From: Octopus bimaculoides
Taxonomy: Eukaryota
Length of the DNA stretch: 64,000 nt
Reading direction: 5' to 3'
Assembly: GCF_001194135.2 (NCBI RefSeq)
Contig: NC_068985.1
Location: forward strand, 16,999,958 to 17,063,957
Below the pieces are notes generated by a model that ran no database searches, was not told where the DNA came from, and was given only the letters and a program-made list of their open reading frames with translations. A program made the translations under genes and the position numbers. The stretch's first letter is position 1, and the number at the start of each line of letters is the position of its first letter. Below, one piece after another: positions 48,597 through 61,257 of the stretch.

Positions 48597-48898
48597 TGTC
48601 ACCCGCACGAAAGCCAGTCAGGCGGTACTGGCAACGGCCACGCTCATCTCGCTCGAGAAACCTCATGTGTCACCCGCACAAGAGCCAGCCCAGGGGCACC
48701 AGCAACGATCCCACTCAAAAATCCCACACCAACCCCACACAAGAGCCAGCCCAAGGGCACCGGCAACGATCCCGCTCAGAAGATTTCATGTGTCGCCTGC
48801 ACATGAGCCAATCCAGGGGCACTGGCAACAATCTCGCTCAAAAGATTTCATGTGTCGCCCGCACATGAGCCAGTCCAGGGGCACTGGCAACGATCCCG
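48597..48898. repeat. About five GC-rich units of roughly 60 bp in tandem within an RTE-tail element
   Basis: TGTGTCRCCCGCACAWGAGCCAGYCCAGGGGCACYGGCAACGATCYCGCTC is repeated. Confidence 0.85.
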
Positions 48899-51219
48899 AT
48901 GTACGTTTAATCTGCTAGAAATAACATACAATTTTTTCTCAAACATTCTACCATTAAGCAGAAAAAAAAGAAGACAGACATATTAATATAGTTTAGGTAA
49001 AACTATTATTGTGAGAAAAGATGAGCTGAATCATAGTTGAAATGTCTTTAATCACAGGTCTGTTTGATCAGGATTAAATTGGAGTTAAATAACGACAATA
49101 TGAAATAGTAAAATTCTTTTAAATTAATCCAGAATGAACATCTATAAGAAAAAAAGCTACATCAAGAGCTAATACATCTATTTTCATTTATAACTGATTC
49201 ATTCATCACTGATCTATATCCTGGATGTGACTTTAAACTGCATCTGTTAGTGGGGCCTTGGTTCACAAGTTCTAGAGTTTTGAGGAGCATGGAACCACCC
49301 CTTAACCACTATTGTTTTCATTAGTATATTTCCCAATAATTTTCATTTTATATATTCAATATATTTTTACATAACATTTCAAATATTCACATTGATTATC
49401 TTTAGATCATCTAGAATCACATCTCAGATTCATGTAAATTTATTTCCAATGCAATAAATAAATTAATAGAATTAAATAAATAATGTCACACGAAGCAATG
49501 TTGAATGAAATATATTCATGCAAAGTCATATTCAACACATTCAAGTGCAGTTGGAAGAGAGAAGGCCTTCTAATGCAGACATAGTCCCAGGAAAAAATTC
49601 TCCTCTCAGACATATGTAAAAACAAACAATAGGCTGTGAATGACATCATTGGATCACAGGATGTGTGTGTGTGTCTCTCTGTCATTTCACTTCATCAGCA
49701 ATGCAAATCAAATCTGTAATTCACAGAAGTGTAGGTGTCCTACATTCCAATTCACACTCTATATTGTTTACCATTTACTTGTTTGAGACATTAAACTGCA
49801 GCCATGCTGGAGCACTACCTTGAAGGGTATTTAGTCGAATGAATCAACCCTGGTACCTTTTATTTTCAAGCCTGATACTTATTTTATCTGCCTCTTTTGC
49901 TGAACTACTAAGTTATAGGAAATAAACAAACCAACACTAGTTGTCAAATGGTAGTGGGGGTGGGGGGGTCAAACACAGACACACACATGGGTTTCTTTCA
50001 GTTTCTATCTACCAAATCCCCTTGTAAGGTTTTGATTGGTTTGAGGCTATAGTAGAAAACGCTTGCCCAAGGTACCTACCATGCAGTGAGACTAAACCTG
50101 GAACCATGTGCTTGAGAAGCAAATTTCTTACCATACATCCACTTTGTTTTTACACATGTCTTAAGAGAAGAATTTTCTCCCTGGACTATATCTGCAGTGG
50201 TAAGTTTTCTCTTGTTCAAGTACACTCAAATGTCTTGAATATGAATTTACATGAAAATAAATCAGAGTTTTGATACACGATAAAATGTCAAATGTCTCAG
50301 ATAAGTTGTTAATATAATTATAATTTTTAGATTATTAATACCATATTTTGAGATGAGACATCATCATCATCAACATCGTTTAACGTCCGCTTTCCATGCT
50401 AGCATGGGTTGGACGATTTGACTGAGGACTGATGGAACCCGAAGGCTACACCAGGCTCCAATCTGATTTGGCAGAGTTTCTACAGCTGGATGCCCTTCCT
50501 AACGTCAACCACTCTGAGAGTGTAGTGGGTGCTTTTACGTGTCACCGGCACAAAGGCCAGTCAGGCGATACTGGCAACAGCAGACATTTTAAAATATTTA
50601 CATATGCACCATATTTTGGTCATTTTCATTTCTGTCATCAAGTGTCTTATTCCTGGATACATACCTACTTGTACCAGACTGGAGTTGAACCAAGAATCTT
50701 TATTGTTAAACTAAAGGTAATATCTACTAGTTTACTAAGCTTCTGATGAAAGCTCCCAGTTCAAAACCAGTCTTAAAACTATATACATGACCAGGAATAA
50801 GACATCCAATGGTATTCATCGATCAAATTGATCAAGATGTAGTCTGAAATGCAGAGTAGCCATAAATAAAACTAAAAAAATTGGTTCCTTCTTAAGAATC
50901 AAGGTTAATAGTCTGAATAATTATAATTTTATTAAATGTCAAAATTGTTTTTAAATGTTATGACGTATGAAACTGATGAAATTCCTACAAATATTTATGT
51001 TCGCCAGTACTCTCCAAAGAGGACATAGTTAAAGGGGAGGGGGGAAGTATTTTGCAGAGTTTGACAAACAGAAAAACTAGGATGCAAATATCATAAACAT
51101 CTTTGACAAACATCAAAACACCAGTATTATTTTCAGTCACAATTCTCATGTCATGAGAACAGTTTCAAAATAAAAGTAATATATTTTAGCTATATTGGGG
51201 AGGGGGGAGAGAGAGAGAG

Positions 51220-51264
<45 letters not shown>

Positions 51265-51344
51265 NNNNNNNNNNNNNNNNNNNNNNNNNNNNNNNNNNNN
51301 NNNNNNNNNNNNNNNNNNNNNNNNNNNNNNNNNNNNNNNNNNNN

Positions 51345-51401
<57 letters not shown>

Positions 51402-53146
51402 TTCTCTCTTTCTCACATGTATGTGTATTTATGGTATGAATTCAACTTTTTCAAGCTGGGTTAGAAGATCAATTTCATAAAAAGTTGCACAAAAATTTCA
51501 AAAAGTAGCAGGTTGTGGTAGAAAGTCATTCACAACAAATATTTTGCTCACTATTCCGTTATTTTTTATGCTTGTTTCAGTTATTCAACTGCGGCCATGC
51601 TGGAGGCATTTCTTTGAAGAACTTTTAGTCAAATGGTTCTACCCAATTACTTATTGTTATTTTAAACTTGGTAATTATTCCATCAGTCCCTCTTGCCAAA
51701 ACCACTAAGTCACGGGGACATAAACACACCAACACCAATTGTCAAGTGGTGGTGGGGACAAATACAGACACATGCACATATATGATGGGCTTCTTTCAGT
51801 TTCTCTCTACCAAATCCACTTACAGGGCATTGGTTGGCCTGAGGCTATAGTAGAAAACACTTGCCCAAATCTGTTCTGCACTTAAACTGGCACCCTGTCA
51901 GTTAGAATGACAATGGCTCTAGTTGATCCGATCAACAGAACAGCCTGCTTGTGAAATTAACATGCAAGTGGCTGAGCACTCCACAGACACATGTACCCAA
52001 AACACAGTTCAGCTGGCCCTTTGAAATACAGGCACTACTCATTTTTTTGCCAGCTGAGTGGATTGGAGCAATGTGAAATAAAATGTCTTGTTTAAGGATA
52101 CAACAAGCCACCAGGAATCAAACTCATAACCAAATACCCTAACCATTAAGTATGTACCTACACTTATTTTATACAATAAAAACTAACCACTACTTGATTG
52201 CATTGTGATGTGATGAAAAATGGATTCTATCGTCACAACCAACAGCATTTTGATTGTGGTTGAACTGAGAAGCACTGAAACACTTTCTCGAACCGAATCT
52301 CATTATGCTCACTGTTTGGTGGTTGGCAAGTAGAACTATCCACTATTACTTCTTCAATTCTTTAAAACAGCGAGCTGGCAGGATTTTTAACACACCAGGT
52401 AAGATGCTTAGAATTAAAAACAAAAATACGATTTTTTAACAAATCTGATAAGGGCATTCCTGATAATATTTCTTAACAGTAAACAGGGATATTTTAAATC
52501 TAAGCAGAAGTAATAAAGAATGATAACAGAAGAAAACAGATCAAGAATTAGCTAAACCCAGGCATTCAACAGAGAACTACAACAAAACAGTCTAGGCCAC
52601 AGGTGCAAGACCTGCTAAAATACCAACCAAATTTCTTCAAATCAAACTCTAAACTGTTAACAAATGAAGGATACATTAGACAATGCAATACCAGAGAAAC
52701 AAAAATGCAGATGGTCATGTTTGGAATGCCTCTGATCATAGGCTAACTGCATCCATCAGGACCGAATTCTAATTAAATAATACTAAGAACAATTAAAATT
52801 TTTTTAAAATGAGAGAAGTCGATGAACTTTGTTTTGAAGTGAGTTTCATTTATCAGATTTATCTCCAGTGTGTAGGTGTTATGACGTATAATGACAAGAC
52901 GAACCATCTCTAACATTTCTTGTTATTATCCCTTGCAAGAGTAAAGATTATATTATGAATATATGTGTGTGTGTGTGGCTGTGTGCTTAAGAAGCTTGCT
53001 TCTCAACCACAAGGTTGTGAGTTCAATCAGTCCCACAATCATGCAGTTGAGCAAGTGACTTTTACTAAAGCCCCAGGCCAAGCAAAGCCTTGTGAGTGGA
53101 TTTCTCAGACAGAAAATGAAAGAAACCCATTATGTCTGTCATACCA

Positions 53147-53185
53147 GCCATGACGAAGGGAAATAGCCCTGAAACTCGAGTCGCC
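53147..53185 (+). ncRNA. Decayed or truncated minimal hammerhead-like motif
   Basis: GCC-ATGACGA-AGGG-AAATAG-CCCT-GAAA-CTCGAGTC-GCC has a perfect stem II, GAAA, a palindromic ACTCGAGT stem III and a GTC triplet. C3 is altered and stem I is barely present. Confidence 0.4.
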
Positions 53186-53487
53186 TTTATATATTTATAT
53201 TTATATTTATATATTTGATCCTTTATATTGAACACTCAATATTTCATCTACATTCAATACTTTATTTCATGGTGCCATCCATTTTTATTTTATTTTATTT
53301 TATATTATATATTGTATATTATATTATATATTGTATATTCCATATTCTATACCCCACATTGGTTCTGCAGGAATATAAATAAAACATAAAAAACAGACAG
53401 TGTTGGAACTCTTTTAAACAAAATAATATATTCCTCTATACACAATCATACAAAAAAACCACCTTTTTTGTATTTATCTTTACTCGC

Positions 53488-53520
<33 letters not shown>

Positions 53521-54088
53521 TACATGTGTGTGTGAGAGAGTTGGTTCTCCTTCTCAATATTGCATGAGAGTTGTAAAAGAGTGTCATTGTTATACAACAG
53601 CATTCGTCGTTTCCTCTCATAAAAACATGTCTGGTCATCAAGAGTCATTACTTTGCTTGGAAACAGGTGAGGGTTGGCAACAGGAAGGACATGCAGCCAG
53701 AGAAAATCCACCTCGAAAAATTCTTGCCCAACCCATGCAAACATGGAAAAGTGAACATTAAAACGATAATGATGATGATGATGCATTAATATCAACCATT
53801 GTGATTTGGCATAGTCAGCAGAGCATCAGCTATAATACCTTGTGGTATTTATTCCAGCCCCATTGTGATCAACAGTACCATTCATCCTTATGATAAGAAA
53901 TAAAGCACCAGCAAAGGGCAGTAGATTAGCAGAATTGTTAGGGCATCAGATGAGACAGCTTTGAGTATAAGGTCTGGCTCTTTGCAACATTTGTAACAGC
54001 AATGGTTATTATCAGCCCTTGTGTTATTCTGATAATAAACAAGTAAGCATTGATTGGATTATTAACCTTCAATATTTTTTAATTAGTA

Positions 54089-54316
54089 TTGGGTTTTCCG
54101 GAAAGTTTGTGCCGATTTATAGTAGCTTACCTTTTGACTTATTTGCCATGAAACCACCTCAATTCTGGGAAGAAGGTATTTTCAAGTTAAAGGAAAGATG
54201 GAGATGCATTGTGCAACAAAATGGTTCATATTTGGTTGATTAAAAATGTAATGGCAAGTATTTATTGACCTTTTTCTTTCTTTTAAAAATCGGCACAAAC
54301 TTTCCGGACAACCCAA
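54089..54316 (+). mobile_element. 228-bp mariner-derived MITE
   Basis: 30-bp TIRs with 1 mismatch (TTGGGTT[T/G]TCCGGAAAGTTTGTGCCGATTT) and TA on both sides. It retains the transposase C-terminus KPPQFWEEGIFKLKERWRCIVQQNGSYLVD*. Confidence 0.9.
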
Positions 54317-56432
54317 TATATTCTCCAATCAATACAGTATCTGTTATCTTTTATCGTTTACTTGTTTCAGCTATTGGACTACGGCCATGCTGGGGCACTG
54401 CCTTGAAGGGTTTTATTCAAGCAAAATGAACCCAATGCCTATGTTTTTTTTGAGTCTAGTATTTATTCTATTGATCTCTTTTGCCAAACTGCTAGGTTTT
54501 GGGGACGTAAACACACCACATTGGTTGTCAAGTGATGGTGGGAGGACAAACACAGACACACAGATACATATATACATACATACATACATATATATANNNN
54601 NNNNNNNNNNNNNNNNNNNNNNNNNNNNNNNNNNNNATATATATATATATATATATACGATAAGCTTCTTTCAGTTTCTGTTTACCAAATCCCCTCACAA
54701 GGCTTTGGTCAACCTGAGGCTATAGTAGAAGACACTTGCCCAAGTTGCCACATAGTGGGACTGAACCCAGGACCATGTAGTTGGGAAGCAAACTTTTTAC
54801 CACACAGCCACTGCTGCGGCCATAGAAAAAATTTTTTTTAATATTTTGTTTATTGCGAATGTAAAACCAATTTATTGTACGTAAATTTTAACAACATTAT
54901 AATATGGACCCCAGTTGAGAACCACTGCTTTACACAATCACTTGAACCTGCTAGAAATAGCAGCAAAATCTCCCTTAAATCACACTGTACCATTTTATAA
55001 TAGAAGTATACATTAGATAATGCTGTCCTGGATCCAAGCAGTGTTGAGAAAAAAATATAGGATAATCACAGTTTTAACACCCATGATCACAAAAAGTTTG
55101 CCTCATTATGACTGTTGTGGAGCTAAACAAAACAAAATAAACCTTCAAAACAAGCCAACAACTGAACCTCTATGTGGTCGTTTAACCTACTAGAAACAAC
55201 AGCTAAGTCTTCCTCAAATCATGCAATAAATACTTATAAATGGAAGGATGCATTCTATAAGATATATATCACGTTAAAATAAAAGATAAAATAGCCACAA
55301 TTTGAACATACCTAATCATGGATCTACTCAAACAGGCTGCCCAAAGGCTAAACAATAAAAATAATTTTTAAAAAAACCCTATCTGTGTTAAGAAAAGAGT
55401 TTATAATAAAAATATTAAGAATCTACAAATGACTTTCAGGTATTGAACAAAAAAAAAAAATTAAGACCTGAACTCTTTTTAACCCTTTAACATTCAGATT
55501 AATCAGTCAACTGTAATGCTAATTTATTCACATTGTTTTGAATTAGTCATGCATTATCTTGTAGCTTCAAGATATCAATGATGTGATTGTTCATTTTTAG
55601 AATGATATGGTAGCATAGGTGTGAGAGGTCTGATCTGGTTAAATTAAGCATAAACCAGATAAAATATTTTGGCTGGATATGGCCGGTTTAAATACTAATG
55701 GGTTAATCACTTCACACATATATTTATCAACTTCATCACTAGTTTGTAGATTAATGAAAACAATAACTATACATTATTTACAATTGGCGGATATTTGTCC
55801 TCATCTTGTATATAATGTACATAATTCCTCATCTCTTAAAATATAGAACTGAACAATAACTATGTTCAATGAAACAAGAGACATCATTTCTATAATTCAT
55901 CTTATTGTATTTGCCTTTGTCAGTGTAAACACCATTGGCTCATTCTGAAGAGTTGATCTGTTCACTTCATTTAGTGTTGTTGTTTTGCCTCAAGTCACCC
56001 TTAATTGAGCAAACCTGTGATTTCATATAACATTATTTTTATGACTATTTTACATACACACACATGTATTTAAATGTCCTTCTGATCAGTGTATTGTTTA
56101 AGGAAAACTAAAAGAGATCTAGTAAATAACATGAAAATCATTAAAATGCTTATTTTAAAAAAAGTATTCCATAAAAACATTTACTAATGTAGATATATAA
56201 TTTTAAATAAAGAAAGTGTATGAAACAATTATATTTATATGAAAGTTATATTGTACATTAGAATATTTCAAAATAAAACATAACTAATATAATTATCAAG
56301 CTTATAATTATATTTACTCAAAAACACACATTCAAGTAAACATGGCAAAGAGATTGTAAAAATGTGTAAATAAGAAAACAAAATAGACATACATACAAGA
56401 GAGTGAAATGGAAATAGTGGCAAATATCTTAC

Positions 56433-56436
56433 CCAT
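56433..56436 (-). CDS. Candidate start-codon exon end (ATG G|GTAAG) for the SH2 gene
   Basis: The minus strand reads ACAACAATGG|GTAAGAT, with A at -3 and G at +4. Phase 1 matches the phase-1 start of exon 41213, giving MVHDFGLRG. The sequence is unique and AT-rich, and there is no transcript evidence. Confidence 0.3.
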
Positions 56437-57892
56437 TGTTGTATATTGGTTCTGCATATTTTAGTGTTAGTACATAAACAATAATGATCCAGAAAGTTTA
56501 GATTTGTTTAACTGTTCAATGTAGTTATTTTTTCTATGGTTTGTTTAGTCATTTAATTGTTTTCCTATTAAAAGTGGGGTTTAGTGAGAAAGTTCTTTAT
56601 GTGTAACTATTCCCACCAAAATGTAAAACCTATTTGTGAAGTCAATAAAAAGTTATATATATAAAAAAAATATACTAAGAACGAAAAACAGACTGATGAA
56701 ATAAATATATGGCTAAGACTGGTAAGCAGGAAGAAGAGAAGAATAGATAGATGATATATTTTATCTTGGGTAAAATCTTTTTGGTATAATATTCACCAGA
56801 TGTTACAAATCATCCTCTCAAAGTGTAAAGAAATATTCAAATGAGGACTAACATCAACACTGCTAAAATATATTCCCCTGCTTAATTATAACTGAGTGAT
56901 AAGTCTTGATTTTTAACAAAGAAGACAATAACAATAAATAAAAATATAAAGAATACTATTATACAATATGAAAATAAATAAGAATTTCTAAAGATATTTT
57001 TCCAAATATCTAGAAGTTAACTCTAATTTCTGCTTATAAAATATCTTGTAATTGTACACATTGAAAATGTCATTAAATTTATCTATAAAACTACTGTTTT
57101 AGTGCTCTGGAAAGATCTGATTGAATTTGTCTTTGTTTTCAAAAAGGTAAAAAAAATACTGATATGAAAGAGAGAGAGAGAGAAAGGGTCAATATTTATA
57201 ACTAAACTTACTTCAAGAAATTTAGCAAGAAGAATAGTTATACAGACATACACATTAAATCAGTTAAGTCTAACTCCTAGTTTCATAGAAATCTTTTGTT
57301 GTGTTTGATTTTTTTTTTTTAAGTTGCATGAATTCTGGTAGTTATTTGTTCCATAAACACTTTGCAGCATCAAGACTGGTAAGGATGAATGTTTGTACTG
57401 AGTGGAAAGATGTAAAGTAAGATCTGACACACACATAAAGAGATTTAACAGGAGTAGCTTATAGCCAGCTGTCTGTATATGCCTGCTTCTTGCTTGCCTT
57501 CTAACAGTGTATATATCCGGTACCAATCATACTGACAGAGAAAGCCTATAGAGAACACATTACTTTACTCTTTCAGTAAATATCCAAGAAACTGGCTGCT
57601 TTCCAAAGTTGCTAATAATTCTTTTAATTGATTCTGGCTTACCCCAATAGAAGTGATGATGTGTTGGTTGATCAACCATAACAATTTAATGATATCAAGG
57701 ATGCCTTTTAAAGGTATGATCTTCGAAGTTAATTACAGTATACAGTGAAGGATAATTAAAAAATACTGTAACTTGAGAAGTAAAATAAATGAATGATTTA
57801 ATAAAATAGATAGTGAAGTGCGAAAAGAAAATGTAATGAGAAGTTTACAGCAGTGTAAATCAGTTAGAGTGCAGTACTGTGTGGGAGAGACC

Positions 57893-57942
<50 letters not shown>

Positions 57943-58080
57943 TCGGGGTGATGGAAGAAGAAGAAGAAGAAGAAGAAGAAAAAAACTAGGAGAGTATGAA
58001 ATGAAACTCAAGAAAAAACAAGGTGAAAATAAAGGCCTAATGATAATGATTTAAAATTGTAGTAATATCTGTTTTAATAA

Positions 58081-58310
58081 GGGCGTCGAGCTGGCAGAAC
58101 CGTTAGCATGCCAGGTGAAATCCTTAGTGGTATTTCGTCTGCCGTTACGTTCTGAGTTCAAATTCCACCAAGGTCGACTTTGCCTTTCATCGTTTCAGGG
58201 TCGATTAAAGAAGTACCAGTTATGCTCTGGGGTCGATGTAATCAACTTAATCCTTTAGTCTGTCCTTGTTTGTCCCCTCTATATTTAGCCGCCTGTGAGC
58301 AATAAAGAAA
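58081..58310 (+). mobile_element. Short SINE with a Deu/Nin-like core; copies at 7645-7850 -, 20820-21035 -, 25600-25990 - (x2), 40808-41020 -, 58310-58950 - (tandem), 32960-33130 +, 63665-63880 +
   Basis: The core GAGGTCGACTTTGCCTTTCATCCTTTCGGGGTCGATAAATTAAGTACCAG is repeated. It resembles the GCCTTTCATCCTT..GAGGT.GATAAA segment of Deu-domain SINEs (from memory). Confidence 0.75.
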
Positions 58311-59557
58311 TAAATAATGGTTTAAAATTTTGGCACATGGCCAAAAATTTTAAGGGGACAGTGTTAGACCCTAATACTTATCAACCCCTAAGGTATGAAA
58401 GGAAAAGTCGACCTCAGCGAAATTTGAGCTCTGAATGTAAAGAGCCAGACAAAATGCATTTAAGCATGCAAATGGTTCTGCAAGCCCGCCACCTTAGTAA
58501 TAATAATCCTTTCTGCTATAGGCACAAGGCCTGAAATTTGATGGGAGGGGATGGCTCAATTATATCAACCCCACTGTTTTACTGGTACTTAATTTATCAT
58601 CCCTGAAAGGATGAAAGGCAGAGTCGACCTCAGCAGAATTTGAACTCAGAACACGGTGACAGACAAAATACAGCTAAACATTTTTTTTTTCTACTCTAGG
58701 CACAAGGCCCGAAATTTTGGGGGAGGGAGCCAGTTAATTAGATCGACCCCAGTACGCAACTGGTACTTAATTTATCGACCCCCAAAAGGATGAAAGGCAA
58801 AGTCAACCTCGGCAGAATTTGAACTCAGAACGCAAAGACAGGCGAGGGGAGGTTAGTTGATATTGTTGACTCCAGTATTTAACTGGTACTTTATTTTAGT
58901 TACCCTGAAGGGATAAAAGACAAAGTTGATCTTGACAGGATTTGAACTCAAAATATGAAGTACCAATAGTATGCTGGTGCCCTGTGAAAAGTACCTGTGC
59001 CAGTCCCATATAAAAGCACCCATGCTGGTGTTGCTTAAAAACACTCAGTACACACTCTAAAGTGGTTGGCATTTGGAAGGACAGCGCTGGATTAACCATT
59101 AAGCAAAATAAGCACGTGCTTAGGGCATCAAGAGAAGGAGGGGACACCACAGAAATGGTAAATGGTTTATGGCACAAAAGAAATCACTTTAAACTTGCTA
59201 AAATAATATTCAAAGTAGTGTATATGATTGGAAATATAATTTCAAAGTGTTCACGGTATCATAGTGAGGATTTGATTGAAAACTTTACAATTAGGAGTGG
59301 CTGTGTGGTAAGTAGCTTGCTTACGAACCACATGGTTCCGGGCTCAGTCCCACTGCATGGCACCTTGGGCAAGTGTCTTCTACTATAGCCTCGGGCTGAC
59401 CAAAGTCTTGTGAGTGGATTTGGTAGACAGAAACTGAAAGAAGCCCGTCGTGTGTGTGTGTATGTATATATGTGTATGTATATATATATATATATATATA
59501 TATANNNNNNNNNNNNNNNNNNNNNNNNNNNNNNNNNNNNNNNNNNNNNNNNNNNNN

Positions 59558-59603
<46 letters not shown>

Positions 59604-60420
59604 TGTGTCTGTGTCTGTCCACCTCCCCACCATTGCTTGACAACTGATGTTGGTGTGCTTACATCCCCGTAACTTAGCGGTTTGGCAAAAGATACCGATA
59701 GAATAAGTATTAGGCTTACAAAGAATAAGTCTTGAAGTTGATTTGCTCGACTAAAAGCAATACTCCAGCATGGCCACAGACAAATGACTGAAACAAATAA
59801 AAGGATAAAGAATATAGTGGCACCAAAATCTCTTAAGTGCTTAGGGCCTCAATGGGTCTTAATCTGGACCTGAGGAAGGGTATTCAGCCATCGAAACCAT
59901 GCCAAAATAGACATGGAGCCCTGGCAGCTCTTCAGCTTACCAGCTTCTGTCAAACTGTCCAACCCATGCCAGCATGGAAAACAGACATTAAATGATGATG
60001 ATGATGATGATGATCTAACAATTCTGCCAACCCACTGGCCTTAGTTGTTTCTGATTTAGGCACAATGTCAGTAATCATGAAAAAAGGGTGGGAATTGATA
60101 CTTCTGACCCCAGTACTTGAGTGGTACTTTATTTTATCACCCCAGAGAGATGAAAGAAGGTACAGGGCCTAATGATTGGGGTGTTGCACTCACAATTGCC
60201 AGATTATGGTTGTAATTTCCCAGCTGAGCACTTGTGTTCTGGAGCTAAGAACTTTGGTCCATGTCACCCCAGTCCACTCAGCTATGAATGAGTGACCGAC
60301 CCTGCAACTGGTTACCATCCTGTCCGAGGGGAATGTTGTGATTCCAGTTATTCACATGCCATAGGAACTGAGTAACTGGCCCTATGAATCCCAAGACTTG
60401 AGACAGTAATGTCCATGGGC

Positions 60421-60778
60421 TGATGCTGAGGATGTTGATGCTGCTGCTGCTGCTGATGGTGATGTTGCTGCTGCTGCTGCTGCTGATGATGATGATGGTG
60501 ATGTTAATGATGATGATGATGATGATGGTGATGCTGATGGTGATGATGATGTTGATGATGATGATGATGATGATGTTGATGATGATGATGATGATGATGA
60601 GGATGATGATGATGGTGATGATGATGATGATGGCGATGATGATGATGGTGATGCTGATGGTGATGATGGTGATGCTGATGGTGATGGTGATGATGACGAT
60701 GATGATGATGGTGATGCTGATGATGATGGTGATGGTGATGATGATGCTGATGGTGATGATGATGATGATGATGACGAC
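60421..60778. repeat. Cryptic (GAT)n-derived trinucleotide tract
   Basis: GAT with interspersed GCT/GGT/GTT triplets; it produces the spurious poly-M and poly-S ORFs. Confidence 0.95.
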
Positions 60779-61138
60779 GGGGGTGGGGGGATGAAAGGCA
60801 AAGTTGACATAGAATAATTAATACTAATGATTCTTTATTTATTTACCACGAAAGTTTCAAAGGAAAGCAGGTCAGTAGATAAGACAAAAGAATACAAATT
60901 AAGGAAAGCTTTGCATAAATACATAAAGAAAAAAAAAATAATAAAAGCAAATAAAATTTTAACAAAACAACATTCCTCAATAGTAGGGGACAGCTGCCTC
61001 AGTCAATCAAGGAAACCCTAACAAAACTTGGATTACCCAGGCCACCAAGGGCAAGTATCCTCCCAACCCCACCACATCCCTATCAACTCCTTCCTACAGG
61101 TTCATGCTCAGTCAAGACCCATTTATTTATGCCATGCT

Positions 61139-61257
61139 AGAAGAAGAAGAAGAAGAAGAAGAAGAAGAAGAAGAAGAAGAAAAGGAAGAAGAAGAAGAAG
61201 AAGAAAAGGAAGAAGAAGAAGAAGAAGAAGAAGAAGAAGAAGAAGAAGAAGAAGAAG
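61139..61257. repeat. (GAA)n microsatellite followed by purine-rich low-complexity DNA
   Basis: Direct reading. Confidence 0.95.

Noticed and set aside
48597-48898. CRISPR-like repeat array
   Set aside because: The units are contiguous diverged repeats without unique spacers, in a eukaryotic context with no cas genes.
50740-50780. CTGATGA...CAAAACCAGTC inside a short inverted repeat (50643-50655 and 50792-50804)
   Set aside because: GAAA is absent and stems I and II are poor. At most it is a very decayed pLTR.
57650-57760. Box C-like GTGATGAT in unique DNA (possible snoRNA)
   Set aside because: No box D (CTGA) lies at a suitable distance and there is no terminal stem.
60382-60810. Long poly-Ser and poly-Met ORFs
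   Set aside because: They are translations of a (GAT)n-derived microsatellite. The same applies to the poly-I/Y/N ORFs at 20.2-21.2 kb, poly-R at 61.1 kb, the SLSLF repeats at 46.3 kb and the CV/HT-repeat ORFs.
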